Source: Candidatus Latescibacterota bacterium (lineage in GTDB: Bacteria; Latescibacterota; UBA2968; GCA-2709665). Taken from it: 64,000 nt of DNA. Position 1 is the stretch's first letter. Each line of letters begins with the position of its first letter. The stretch is from positions 3,296,001-3,360,000 of the forward strand of contig OZ242358.1 in assembly GCA_965208835.1 (NCBI GenBank). The letters are read 5' to 3'. Made by a program: the position numbers and the translations under genes. Of this stretch, positions 48,646-56,760 are shown piece by piece. The notes beneath the pieces were generated by a model that did not search any database, had not been told where the DNA came from, and was given only the letters and a program-made list of their open reading frames with translations.

Positions 48646-49398
48646 CTATTGCCTTTCGTAGAGGGATGCAATCGGGAGATAGCCGGAAGTAACCGGCAAC
48701 GCGCGCTCGACGATCCGGCCTCGCTGAACCTGGAGCGACCAGGCTCCGGATTCGGCATTGGCGGAGATGACCCTGTACCCGTCCGGCGTGAACGCGACGG
48801 CGCAGTCATTGTCGATGGCGAGGCCGTTTCCACCCTTTCGCTTCAGCATATCGTGGAAGTCCTGCCTTCTGGGTACGCCGGTGGTATCACTGTTGTAGTG
48901 AGGACACGCCAGCCCGCTCAGCAGTCCCATGCCGGTGACGGCTATGTAGCGCCAGTCGTCGGGGCTGTAGAAGGAAATCGAGTCGCTGTGCCCACGGTCG
49001 AACCAGCAGATCGCTCCTGCGCTCACGCCGCAGAGGACGGCGCCATTCGTATGAGCTGACCTGAGCAAGGTGTCGACGCCAAGCCGCCGCCATCGGCGCA
49101 TCATCTTGAGCGTGTTTCCACCACCGACGTAGATGATGTCGGCCCAGGCGATCTTCTCGGCGATAGACCCCGGCGATGGCGGTTGGCCAAGCAGGTAGAG
49201 CACGTCGGTGTCGCACCCGTAGCTCTCTCGATACGCTCTGTCGAATGCTTCCCAGTACTCGACCGAATCGCTGCTTGCCGTCGGGATGAACAGGGCGTTT
49301 GGGTTCGATGATCCCGACAGCTTGATGATTTCCACGTCGATGGGCCGGGTTGCCAGGGTGCTGATGTCTCCGCCACCTATTGCGACGATGCTTCCCAT
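48646..49398 (-). CDS. Peptidase E (S51 family)
   Basis: IGGG, FIPTAS, YVGGGNT, GVSAGA, CPHY. Confidence 0.92.
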   Translation of the reverse strand: MGSIVAIGGGDISTLATRPIDVEIIKLSGSSNPNALFIPTASSDSVEYWEAFDRAYRESYGCDTDVLYLLGQPPSPGSIAEKIAWADIIYVGGGNTLKMMRRWRRLGVDTLLRSAHTNGAVLCGVSAGAICWFDRGHSDSISFYSPDDWRYIAVTGMGLLSGLACPHYNSDTTGVPRRQDFHDMLKRKGGNGLAIDNDCAVAFTPDGYRVISANAESGAWSLQVQRGRIVERALPVTSGYLPIASLYERQ

Positions 49399-49453
49399 CA
49401 CATGACCCCGTAGGTAGTCAATCTGTGAGCAGCGCGAGACCTGCGTACCGCAT

Positions 49454-50224
49454 TTATGCGGCAAGCGAATCGTAATTCTCTTTCAGCCACGTGTTTTCTT
49501 CTTTCAGTTCCGCAAGATCTCCACGTTGGTAGAAGATGGACCATGGGAGGAGTCCCTGGCTGCCCAGAGTCTCGGTCCTGCGGTACTCTTCCAATTGCAA
49601 ATCGCTCAAGGTGTCCAGGATTGCGCTGGTATCCGTGCCGTAAGTGTCAGAGAGTACTGCTAACCTGGACCTGAGATCCGGCTTATCGGAAAACCCGGCT
49701 TTACTCCAGTGCGCTTCGCTTCGGAGAGGCACCGCGTACCAGGCAAACTGACTGACATCGCAGAGGGGATCACCCGGCTCGGCAAAATCCCAGTCGATTA
49801 TTCCTTTCAGGTTTCGCCCTTCCCAGACCGTATTCCAGGGTCCAAGATCCCCGTGTCGGATGATCATCCCGGGTCGCCAGGCTACATTGGGAACATACCA
49901 TTCGGCATCCTCGGGCGGCTCGAAATCCCTCACTGCATTGTGATATCGGGACAGAAAAAGCGCGACCTCGGCAAGGCCCTTTTCCTCGAGCATCACCTCC
50001 GGCCATGGTCGCCGGACAACCTCTCCAGGGATAAACGAAAGCACCTCGCGCCCGAGTTCGTCGAATCCGAGGACACGAGGAACTCCTGAAAACCCGACCG
50101 CCTCCAGGTAGCGCAGCAGGGCGTGCACGGCCGGCGTCCACCTGTGGACAGGTCTGCGCACGGTGTCTCCAATCCGCACAACGGGATTGACGCTTCCCCG
50201 GGCGGACTCACCCTCTTGCAGCAT
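49454..50224 (-). CDS. APH-like phosphotransferase
   Basis: GDTVRRP, HGDLGPWN, IIDWD; start uncertain. Confidence 0.9.
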   Translation of the reverse strand: MLQEGESARGSVNPVVRIGDTVRRPVHRWTPAVHALLRYLEAVGFSGVPRVLGFDELGREVLSFIPGEVVRRPWPEVMLEEKGLAEVALFLSRYHNAVRDFEPPEDAEWYVPNVAWRPGMIIRHGDLGPWNTVWEGRNLKGIIDWDFAEPGDPLCDVSQFAWYAVPLRSEAHWSKAGFSDKPDLRSRLAVLSDTYGTDTSAILDTLSDLQLEEYRRTETLGSQGLLPWSIFYQRGDLAELKEENTWLKENYDSLAA

Positions 50225-50280
50225 CGTCAGATTCTCCCGAGCCTGATTCGTAATTGCCCTCTTGTCTGGCCGCATGTCTC

Positions 50281-50368
50281 GCCACGATATACAAGCTTGC
50301 GAACCGTGAAGGTGGCTGCCGACAACCTGAACGGCAACGGCGCCGCAGCACAAGACGTGCTGTTAGCG
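50281..50368 (-). repeat. attC-like site
   Basis: Clearly homologous to 55876-55966; ends TGTTAGCG. Confidence 0.6.
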
Positions 50369-50391
50369 GACGTCGCCAGTAGCATTTATCG

Positions 50392-51264
50392 TCAGATCAG
50401 ATCCGGTTCAGGGAGTCCAAGTTCCTTGACCGTCCACTGAAGACCTGTAATGAGCTGCGCCTGCTGCAGTTTGCGAACCAACGGCGTGTGGGGCAGGTCC
50501 GGCAACCCCGCACGCGAAGCGAAATACCCCGTAACATACGACGCCAGATGACCGGCGTCCGCAAGAATGTCCTGTGGAGGCGGCCCACCCTCGTGACAGA
50601 GACCGGGCAGCCAGAAGGCAATGTCGAGATCGGGATTGCCGGAGCAGGCGTTGTTCCAGTCGATTAGAACGGCCCGGCTGGCACGAAAGCAGATGTTGTC
50701 GCTTCTCACGTCAAGGTGGACAAGCGCTTTGCCTTCAGGTACCACTCTATCGTGCGCCATCAGGAGGGCGGGCAGACACTTTGTCAACCACGATTCGCTT
50801 GCGACGCGTATTGACAGGAAGGCCTCCGGGTGCGCGGCAACTTCGTGCCAACCGCGATGCGTGAAGATCTCCTGATATTCGGGCACACTCACCTGGCTCC
50901 CATGTATCGTTGCCAGACTGTCAAGAACCAAATCGACGCGAGCAGGCGTCCAGGGCGGTGGCCACGCGTTCCCGGTCAGGTCCTCCAATATCAATAACGG
51001 AGGTTCCTCCTCATCATAGGCCAATACAGCCGCCATGAAATCGCCGGAAAGCTGGCGGTAGACCGAAATCTCGGAATGCAGCCACGCGCTGGTGCGCCGG
51101 TCCGCAGCGCACTTCGCAAATGCCGTGTTTCCGTCCCGGAATCTTACGATTCTCCGGCAGGCGTTTGTGTAACCTCCCTGAACCGGTAACAACTGGTACA
51201 CTTCTCGTCCGGTCAGGTCCGCTATTCGCGATTCAAGTCCGTCGCACCAGGTGTCCGGTCCCAT
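50392..51264 (-). CDS. APH-like phosphotransferase
   Basis: HLDVRSDN, LIDWN; start uncertain. Confidence 0.88.
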   Translation of the reverse strand: MGPDTWCDGLESRIADLTGREVYQLLPVQGGYTNACRRIVRFRDGNTAFAKCAADRRTSAWLHSEISVYRQLSGDFMAAVLAYDEEEPPLLILEDLTGNAWPPPWTPARVDLVLDSLATIHGSQVSVPEYQEIFTHRGWHEVAAHPEAFLSIRVASESWLTKCLPALLMAHDRVVPEGKALVHLDVRSDNICFRASRAVLIDWNNACSGNPDLDIAFWLPGLCHEGGPPPQDILADAGHLASYVTGYFASRAGLPDLPHTPLVRKLQQAQLITGLQWTVKELGLPEPDLI

Positions 51265-51310
51265 AAATAACTCGCCATTCTCCCACCGATTCATCACGTC
51301 CAGTTGAAAC

Positions 51311-51400
51311 GTGGTCATTGCCTTTGCTGCCTGCACTGAGCCTGCGGTCCCTGAGCCTGCCGAAGGGCCGAAGTGGCTTGTCGAAATGTCGAAATGCCCG
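51311..51400 (+). repeat. Multiply nested 23-nt hairpin units
   Basis: CCTGCACTGAGCCTG[CGGTCCCTGAGCCTGCCGAAGGG]CCGAAGTG followed by two TCGAAATG tails. Confidence 0.8.
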
Positions 51401-51404
51401 CGCT

Positions 51405-52031
51405 TCACTTCGTCAGGAAATTCCTGCCGTACCGATATGCGATCTCGAGATTCCTCGCCGTGTTGCACGATGTTGCAAAATGATCCGCCATCCCAGAGAG
51501 AAGTGCAAACTCACAATGCTTCACACCCGCGTCAGGGCGGAGGCGATCATGGGTGTATAACCGCCTCATGGCTTCAGCAATTCCGGACTCTACCAATCCC
51601 TCTAAGGTATTTCCGACAGGACAGAGAACGAGCGCTCTTTCCATGGAGAGGCGTGGAAACGGATGGGTCTCCATGGCGAGTTGGTACTCGTAGGCGTATC
51701 CGCAGACCCAGACCCGGTCGAACCATCCCTTCAACTTCGCCGGACAGTCGCTCCACCAGACCGGAAAGACAAAGGCCAGACCGTCTGCCCTGCTGATCTT
51801 GCTGTGTTCGACTTCCACGTCCGACGGTATGGGGAGGGTGGGGCGATTGCCCTGGACGTTCATCTCGCGAGTGTACTCATCCGGAGTCATCTCGCATTTG
51901 AAGTCCATTTCGTACAAGTCCCCGATCTCGTAGGAATGTCCACCGTCGTCGAATCCTCGACACAATTCGGCCAATACCTCCCCGGTAAAAGACCTCCTCG
52001 TCGGATGCGCGAAGACAATGTATGCGTGCAT
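51405..52031 (-). CDS. NAD(P)H-dependent oxidoreductase (flavodoxin-like fold)
   Basis: FAHP..RSFT, FPVWWSDCPAKLKGWFDRV. Confidence 0.92.
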   Translation of the reverse strand: MHAYIVFAHPTRRSFTGEVLAELCRGFDDGGHSYEIGDLYEMDFKCEMTPDEYTREMNVQGNRPTLPIPSDVEVEHSKISRADGLAFVFPVWWSDCPAKLKGWFDRVWVCGYAYEYQLAMETHPFPRLSMERALVLCPVGNTLEGLVESGIAEAMRRLYTHDRLRPDAGVKHCEFALLSGMADHFATSCNTARNLEIAYRYGRNFLTK

Positions 52032-52105
52032 CAAGGGACCTCCGCCGGCAGCGGTGCAGGCCACGGCGCTGGACAACACGGCGCTGTTTTCGAAAGTAGT
52101 CTCAA

Positions 52106-52873
52106 TCAGGCATGCGCCGTAACGACCGGCTGAAAGTAACCTGACTGTTCAGGCGTATGCCAGGCGACTTTCGAGAATCCGGCGGACTCCAGGGCCAGAG
52201 TGAGCTCCTTGCGCCTGATTGCCCGGTAGCGGGTCCTTAGCTCTCTTACCTGCCATCCATTCGGTGCCCGGGTCATGATGAATTGCCGAATCAGACAGGT
52301 ATCTGAATTCTTCGACCAGTCCCAGACCTGAAACGTAATGACCTCGCGCTCCGAGGCACCCTGAACATTCGCACCCTCAAACGACGGTTTTTCCGCGAGC
52401 AACCGATCGTAATCTCGAATACTGGCAACAAACAGTCCATCAGCCTTCAGTGTGCGCCTGATGCTTCGGAGAGCGGAAGTCAGGTCTTCATCGGTCAGGA
52501 GATGAGGCAGTGAGTTATCGCAACTGATCACAACGTCGAACTTGCGGGCGAAGGCACGTTCCACTTCCCGAACATCGGAAACGGCGAACTCAATCTTCAG
52601 ACCCCGGTCGGCTGCTTCTGATTTCGCCCTGGCAATCGCCTTCGGGCTGAGATCTGACGCGAAGACTTCGTATCCCTGCTGCGCCAGGCCAATTGTCTGG
52701 GTGCCGATTCCACATGAACAGTCCAGGACAAGCGACGCACTTGCCGTCGATTCACGTTGAATCAACCGATCCAGTACGCACGACTGCCGTTCGATTGCCG
52801 ATTCCCACTCCGCGTAGACGTGATGGTAGTCAGCAGCCAGGTCATCGTAAAAACGTCTGACGTCTTCGCTCAA
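52106..52873 (-). CDS. Class I SAM-dependent methyltransferase
   Basis: VLDCSCGIGTQ, DNSLPHL. Confidence 0.92.
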   Translation of the reverse strand: MSEDVRRFYDDLAADYHHVYAEWESAIERQSCVLDRLIQRESTASASLVLDCSCGIGTQTIGLAQQGYEVFASDLSPKAIARAKSEAADRGLKIEFAVSDVREVERAFARKFDVVISCDNSLPHLLTDEDLTSALRSIRRTLKADGLFVASIRDYDRLLAEKPSFEGANVQGASEREVITFQVWDWSKNSDTCLIRQFIMTRAPNGWQVRELRTRYRAIRRKELTLALESAGFSKVAWHTPEQSGYFQPVVTAHA

Positions 52874-52950
52874 CGTCGGCGACTCCCTCGAATGAGTCTA
52901 TTCCCGAAAACGTCCCCACGGGCATTGAACTTGCTGAAGGCAAGTCAGAT

Positions 52951-53035
52951 CGGAAACGCGAACGCGCCGGAGCCGCAGTCCGGCGTGTCAGCGGTAGCCG
53001 CTTCCTGCCGCCTTTATCGCTACGCGATGTTGGCG
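52951..53035 (-). repeat. Degenerate attC-like site (85 bp)
   Basis: CGGAAACGCG...CGCGATGTTGGCG. Confidence 0.4.
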
Positions 53036-53039
53036 CGGA

Positions 53040-53816
53040 TCAAGTGCCTGCCGCAGCTGACTTTTCCTGCATTTGATCTTTGATCCATTCCATCCACTCA
53101 ACCAGTTGAGACAGATATTCGTCTACTTCGTTCTCACTCGGCTGTACGGGATGAACATAGATTTCAGAGGTTCTTCTCAGAAAACCTTGCCAATCCGGAG
53201 AGACCTCTTCCAGCAGCGGAAGAACCTCGGACCCCTTGAGGGAATACCTGCTTCCGCTTGCCATGAGGAGATAACCGCCACCCAGCACGGCCAGGCGTCC
53301 GAGCTTGCGGAGGCGCAAAGAGGTCTCTTCAGGAAGGGAGAAATCGGTCGTGTTCTCCTCCAGCAATCCCGCTGCAAATCGGACCAGTACCCTGGGGTCG
53401 CGGAACGCGCCAATGGGATCGGGGGGTGGGATTTCCATCCCTTTGATCAGATCCTCTCCCCAGACAAGTGTGGCATCGTGGCAAAGTCGCGTTGCGACCT
53501 CGGAAACCCTGTCTACAGATCGCGGTGTGACAAGCCCGTGAAGTGAGAGGAACTCTCTACGAAGGGATGCCTCGGATTCCCGTAGCCGGAACCTGTCCGC
53601 ATCGGTGACGGCGTCAATTACAAATGGATGCAAGTCAAGATCGGAGACTTCGGGTACCGCTTCGTTCCGATGAACACTTCCCCACACGTAGACTGAGACA
53701 AGCCGTTCATCGAATAGGTCGCAATACACCGAAACGTGGTCCACCACGGCGTCTCTGAAGAAGCCATCCGCGATGGAGTCGAGATTGACAAACCTGTCGA
53801 GATCTTTCCCCGCCAC
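53040..53816 (-). CDS. Nucleotidyltransferase domain protein
   Basis: VYVWGSVHR....SDLD pol-beta motif. Confidence 0.75.
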   Translation of the reverse strand: MAGKDLDRFVNLDSIADGFFRDAVVDHVSVYCDLFDERLVSVYVWGSVHRNEAVPEVSDLDLHPFVIDAVTDADRFRLRESEASLRREFLSLHGLVTPRSVDRVSEVATRLCHDATLVWGEDLIKGMEIPPPDPIGAFRDPRVLVRFAAGLLEENTTDFSLPEETSLRLRKLGRLAVLGGGYLLMASGSRYSLKGSEVLPLLEEVSPDWQGFLRRTSEIYVHPVQPSENEVDEYLSQLVEWMEWIKDQMQEKSAAAGT

Positions 53817-53891
53817 GACACCTCCTTCACGCTCGGGCGACACGGTGGCCTTCACACGAAGATGATCACCGTCGATGCCAAATGGCGCCCT

Positions 53892-54659
53892 CTAATTTGG
53901 CCGCTCTTTTTGCGCTTCAATCAGGAATTTCCTTGCCGTGAACGCCAGCTCATTGCCGCTGTCAAGTCGGTGTTTCAGCCTCAATAGATGCTCCACGTGC
54001 GTTTCGACAGAAAACCCGGGTACAAGCCAGGGAACAGCCTTCAAGTAGTAGACCACGGCGCCCACGTCGGCGAAAGCCAGCCGGCCAGACCAGTCTTCGG
54101 CATTGAGCATAGTCAGGCCTTTCGTTCTCAATTGAGCCACGTTCCTTTCGAGGGTGGATCCGGGCGATTGCGGTTTCACGTCAAACGCTGCCAGCAAGTC
54201 ACAGGCCCATAACCCGTGAACCTGCTGGGTCAGGAATGTACCGCCCGGCGTGAGAATACGGGCAACTTCATTGGGATTGAATGCGGAATGGCGATTCAGA
54301 ACGAGATCGAACTCGCTATCGGAAAACGGCACTGGATCGCGATTGGATAATCGAACATCGACAACTCTCGCTCCCAATGGAACGAGACGCTCTGTTGCCA
54401 GCTTGCGGTTCGGTGCATATTCCTCCGTTGCCACAACCACTTCAGGCCAGAATTCCTGTAAGTTCAGGAACCGCTCACCCCCGCCTGTCCCCATGTCAAC
54501 GACAGATGAGCATCGGCGCATGAGGTCAGCGGCTCGAGAAGAAAAAGACCATGGAGCTTGCTCTTCAAACATCCTGCCATCCAGCCAGGAAAAATCCCAT
54601 CCCGAGAAGAGCTGTTCCTCTTCACATCTCCAACTATCGACAAGCTTGTCTAGACTCAT
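53892..54659 (-). CDS. Class I SAM-dependent methyltransferase
   Basis: FSGWDFS, DMGTGGGE, FDLVLNRH, FLTQQV. Confidence 0.92.
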   Translation of the reverse strand: MSLDKLVDSWRCEEEQLFSGWDFSWLDGRMFEEQAPWSFSSRAADLMRRCSSVVDMGTGGGERFLNLQEFWPEVVVATEEYAPNRKLATERLVPLGARVVDVRLSNRDPVPFSDSEFDLVLNRHSAFNPNEVARILTPGGTFLTQQVHGLWACDLLAAFDVKPQSPGSTLERNVAQLRTKGLTMLNAEDWSGRLAFADVGAVVYYLKAVPWLVPGFSVETHVEHLLRLKHRLDSGNELAFTARKFLIEAQKERPN

Positions 54660-54736
54660 ATTGCGCGTTATCCGGAAACGGTGTCGGTTAATTGATTGAC
54701 CACGCCCTCATTTTTTGTTTGAAGTTATGCCCTGTT

Positions 54737-54822
54737 GCCTGACGGTCCGGAACTCACGAACCCGTCGAAGCCGGATTGGGCGGAGGCCGGGACGGCCGAA
54801 GCGGTGGGTACTCGTGTTATGC
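54737..54822 (-). repeat. attC-like site (86 bp) overlapping the upstream stop codon
   Basis: Minus strand GCATAAC (TAA is the stop of 54817-55860)...GTCAGGC. Confidence 0.6.
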
Positions 54823-55860
54823 GAAAGCGAGTTCGCTGGATACGCTATCCGGTTCTTTCGAGACCACCTCGGCCCATATGGATGCTGTTTGATCCAGTAA
54901 CAACTTGAGTTGAGACTCTTGTAGATCCTCATTGAGGAGCCACGAACCCGTTTCACCACTTCGAACTGCATACCACGTATAGGCAAACAGGACATCGCGT
55001 TTGTCATCGAGCTCCGTGATCTCCTCGCCCACGGCCAGGCGGGATGGATACGACGTGACGTGCCGCTCTGCAACATCAGCGGGAGCCCTGGCAAACCTTG
55101 CTTCTACCTCATCCGCGGTAAGAGAAAGCAGTCGGATGAGGCGATTCGCAATTCCTTCTTCCTGGTGCTCGTGAGCCAGAACGGAAAAACGGGTGAAGAC
55201 TCTTCCGAAGGACCGATCTCCGTGCCCCCACCTTTCCATCAGATATGGGACTGTCACACGCGCGAGTTCCTGAATAGAGATCCCTGCCTCAATCAGACGA
55301 CCTGCGTCCAGATATGACTGAACCCGCTGAGCGAGAGCGGTTACACGTCTGACTCGCTCGATTTGGCGCGCATGGACAACCGTTGGGTTAAATCGACCAT
55401 CGGAGAGCAGCACAACAAATGCGGGAGTATCGCAATCCTCAGACCCGTGAACTGATTGACCGAGATGGCTCTTGTCAGTCGCATGGAAAGTTCTTTCATC
55501 GGCCATCAGTTCATCCAGGTGACGCTTGCCTTTGATCAGGTCGTCCGCCTCGTCGGCTGTAAAATGAAGTCGCCCAGCGTCAACAGACGTCGGCCACGTG
55601 TCTCGAGCCCATTCTCTCGTGATGGCTAACGCAAGCTCGTCCACTCTTTTTGGAAGACTGCTGTCCGCCTCCCTGGACGCAATGTAGATGAGGTCTATAT
55701 CAGATAAAGGCCACGCCACTCCTCGACCAATGCTACCCCCGAGAATTACACCCGCAACGCCAGGAGCAGATGCGATCCGTTCGATGGCTTCAACGGTTCG
55801 CTTCTGGAGAACAAGCTCCCAGTTTTCCAGGTGTGCCCGGAAGAGATCCGCCCTGAACAA
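54817..55860 (-). CDS. Nucleotidyltransferase domain protein
   Basis: GGSIGRG....SDIDL. Confidence 0.75.
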   Translation of the reverse strand: MFRADLFRAHLENWELVLQKRTVEAIERIASAPGVAGVILGGSIGRGVAWPLSDIDLIYIASREADSSLPKRVDELALAITREWARDTWPTSVDAGRLHFTADEADDLIKGKRHLDELMADERTFHATDKSHLGQSVHGSEDCDTPAFVVLLSDGRFNPTVVHARQIERVRRVTALAQRVQSYLDAGRLIEAGISIQELARVTVPYLMERWGHGDRSFGRVFTRFSVLAHEHQEEGIANRLIRLLSLTADEVEARFARAPADVAERHVTSYPSRLAVGEEITELDDKRDVLFAYTWYAVRSGETGSWLLNEDLQESQLKLLLDQTASIWAEVVSKEPDSVSSELAFA

Positions 55861-55875
55861 ATCGAACTCACTTTC

Positions 55876-55966
55876 GCAAAACGTCTCGCCGGATTGCGAA
55901 CCCGACCAGCCGGTTGCCGAAGGCCAGCGCGGCGATGGCGCCGCAGCGCAAAACGTGTTGTTATCG
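55876..55966 (-). repeat. attC-like site
   Basis: GCAAAAC...GTTATCG; homologous to 50281-50368. Confidence 0.6.
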
Positions 55967-56003
55967 GACGATGCATTTCGGCCGCGTCTGACTATGCAGT
56001 CCG

Positions 56004-56612
56004 CTAATCCGACAGGAACCCTTGCCAGCGATGACCTTCAGGATACAAGACTTCCAACCCGGCTCCCAACCATCTCTTTGACTCGGCGGACATCAGCGGC
56101 AGGCACGTTTCAAAGTCCAGATCATCTTTCGAACGAGGATTCCCGGCTTTGTACAGCAGTTGAACCTCGATCCGTATGCAGGGAACACTTCTGTATGCGA
56201 CGATCAAGTCTCCTCGTTGCCCGCCAATCAGTCTGCTGCGTTTGCTGAACCACCTGTCGCCTTGGCTCTCAGTTAACATGATCTGAAGCTGCCATGCCTT
56301 TATGCTGGTATGGCCCCATATGTCAAATATCCCGTAAGGCAAGTACTCTGATTCCGCCCAGGGTCGCAATGAACCAGCCGGATCAGCCGCGTACAGATGC
56401 CAATTCGAGAGCCAGCGCTGTACTTCGAGTTGCTGATCCCGGTACACGATGACGTCTATATCGCCGTGGCCCCTGACGCGCTTTCCCGCGAACTGCTCAA
56501 CCGCATAGCCGCCAGCGAGTCCCCACATGAAAGGAGCGCCAGCGAACAATTGCGTCAATTCCTGGACTGACAAGGGTTGCCACTGGCTTAGGGGAATCTC
56601 AGGAGTGGTCAT
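56004..56612 (-). CDS. ANT(2'')/Lnu-like nucleotidyltransferase
   Basis: WGLAGGYAVE...RGHGDID; LLYKA...KDDLDF. Confidence 0.85.
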   Translation of the reverse strand: MTTPEIPLSQWQPLSVQELTQLFAGAPFMWGLAGGYAVEQFAGKRVRGHGDIDVIVYRDQQLEVQRWLSNWHLYAADPAGSLRPWAESEYLPYGIFDIWGHTSIKAWQLQIMLTESQGDRWFSKRSRLIGGQRGDLIVAYRSVPCIRIEVQLLYKAGNPRSKDDLDFETCLPLMSAESKRWLGAGLEVLYPEGHRWQGFLSD

Positions 56613-56760
56613 ACAGTTCGCGTTCTGCGCTTAAATGACGTCCGCAAACGCGCAAGCATTGCAGAAGCGGCACTTCATCAAATAGTGTGAGGGGTTTCTG
56701 GCACTCTGTCAGTGACTCACGCAGGGCCGTTTGAGTGAAGCGACGAAGGAGCGGAGAAAT

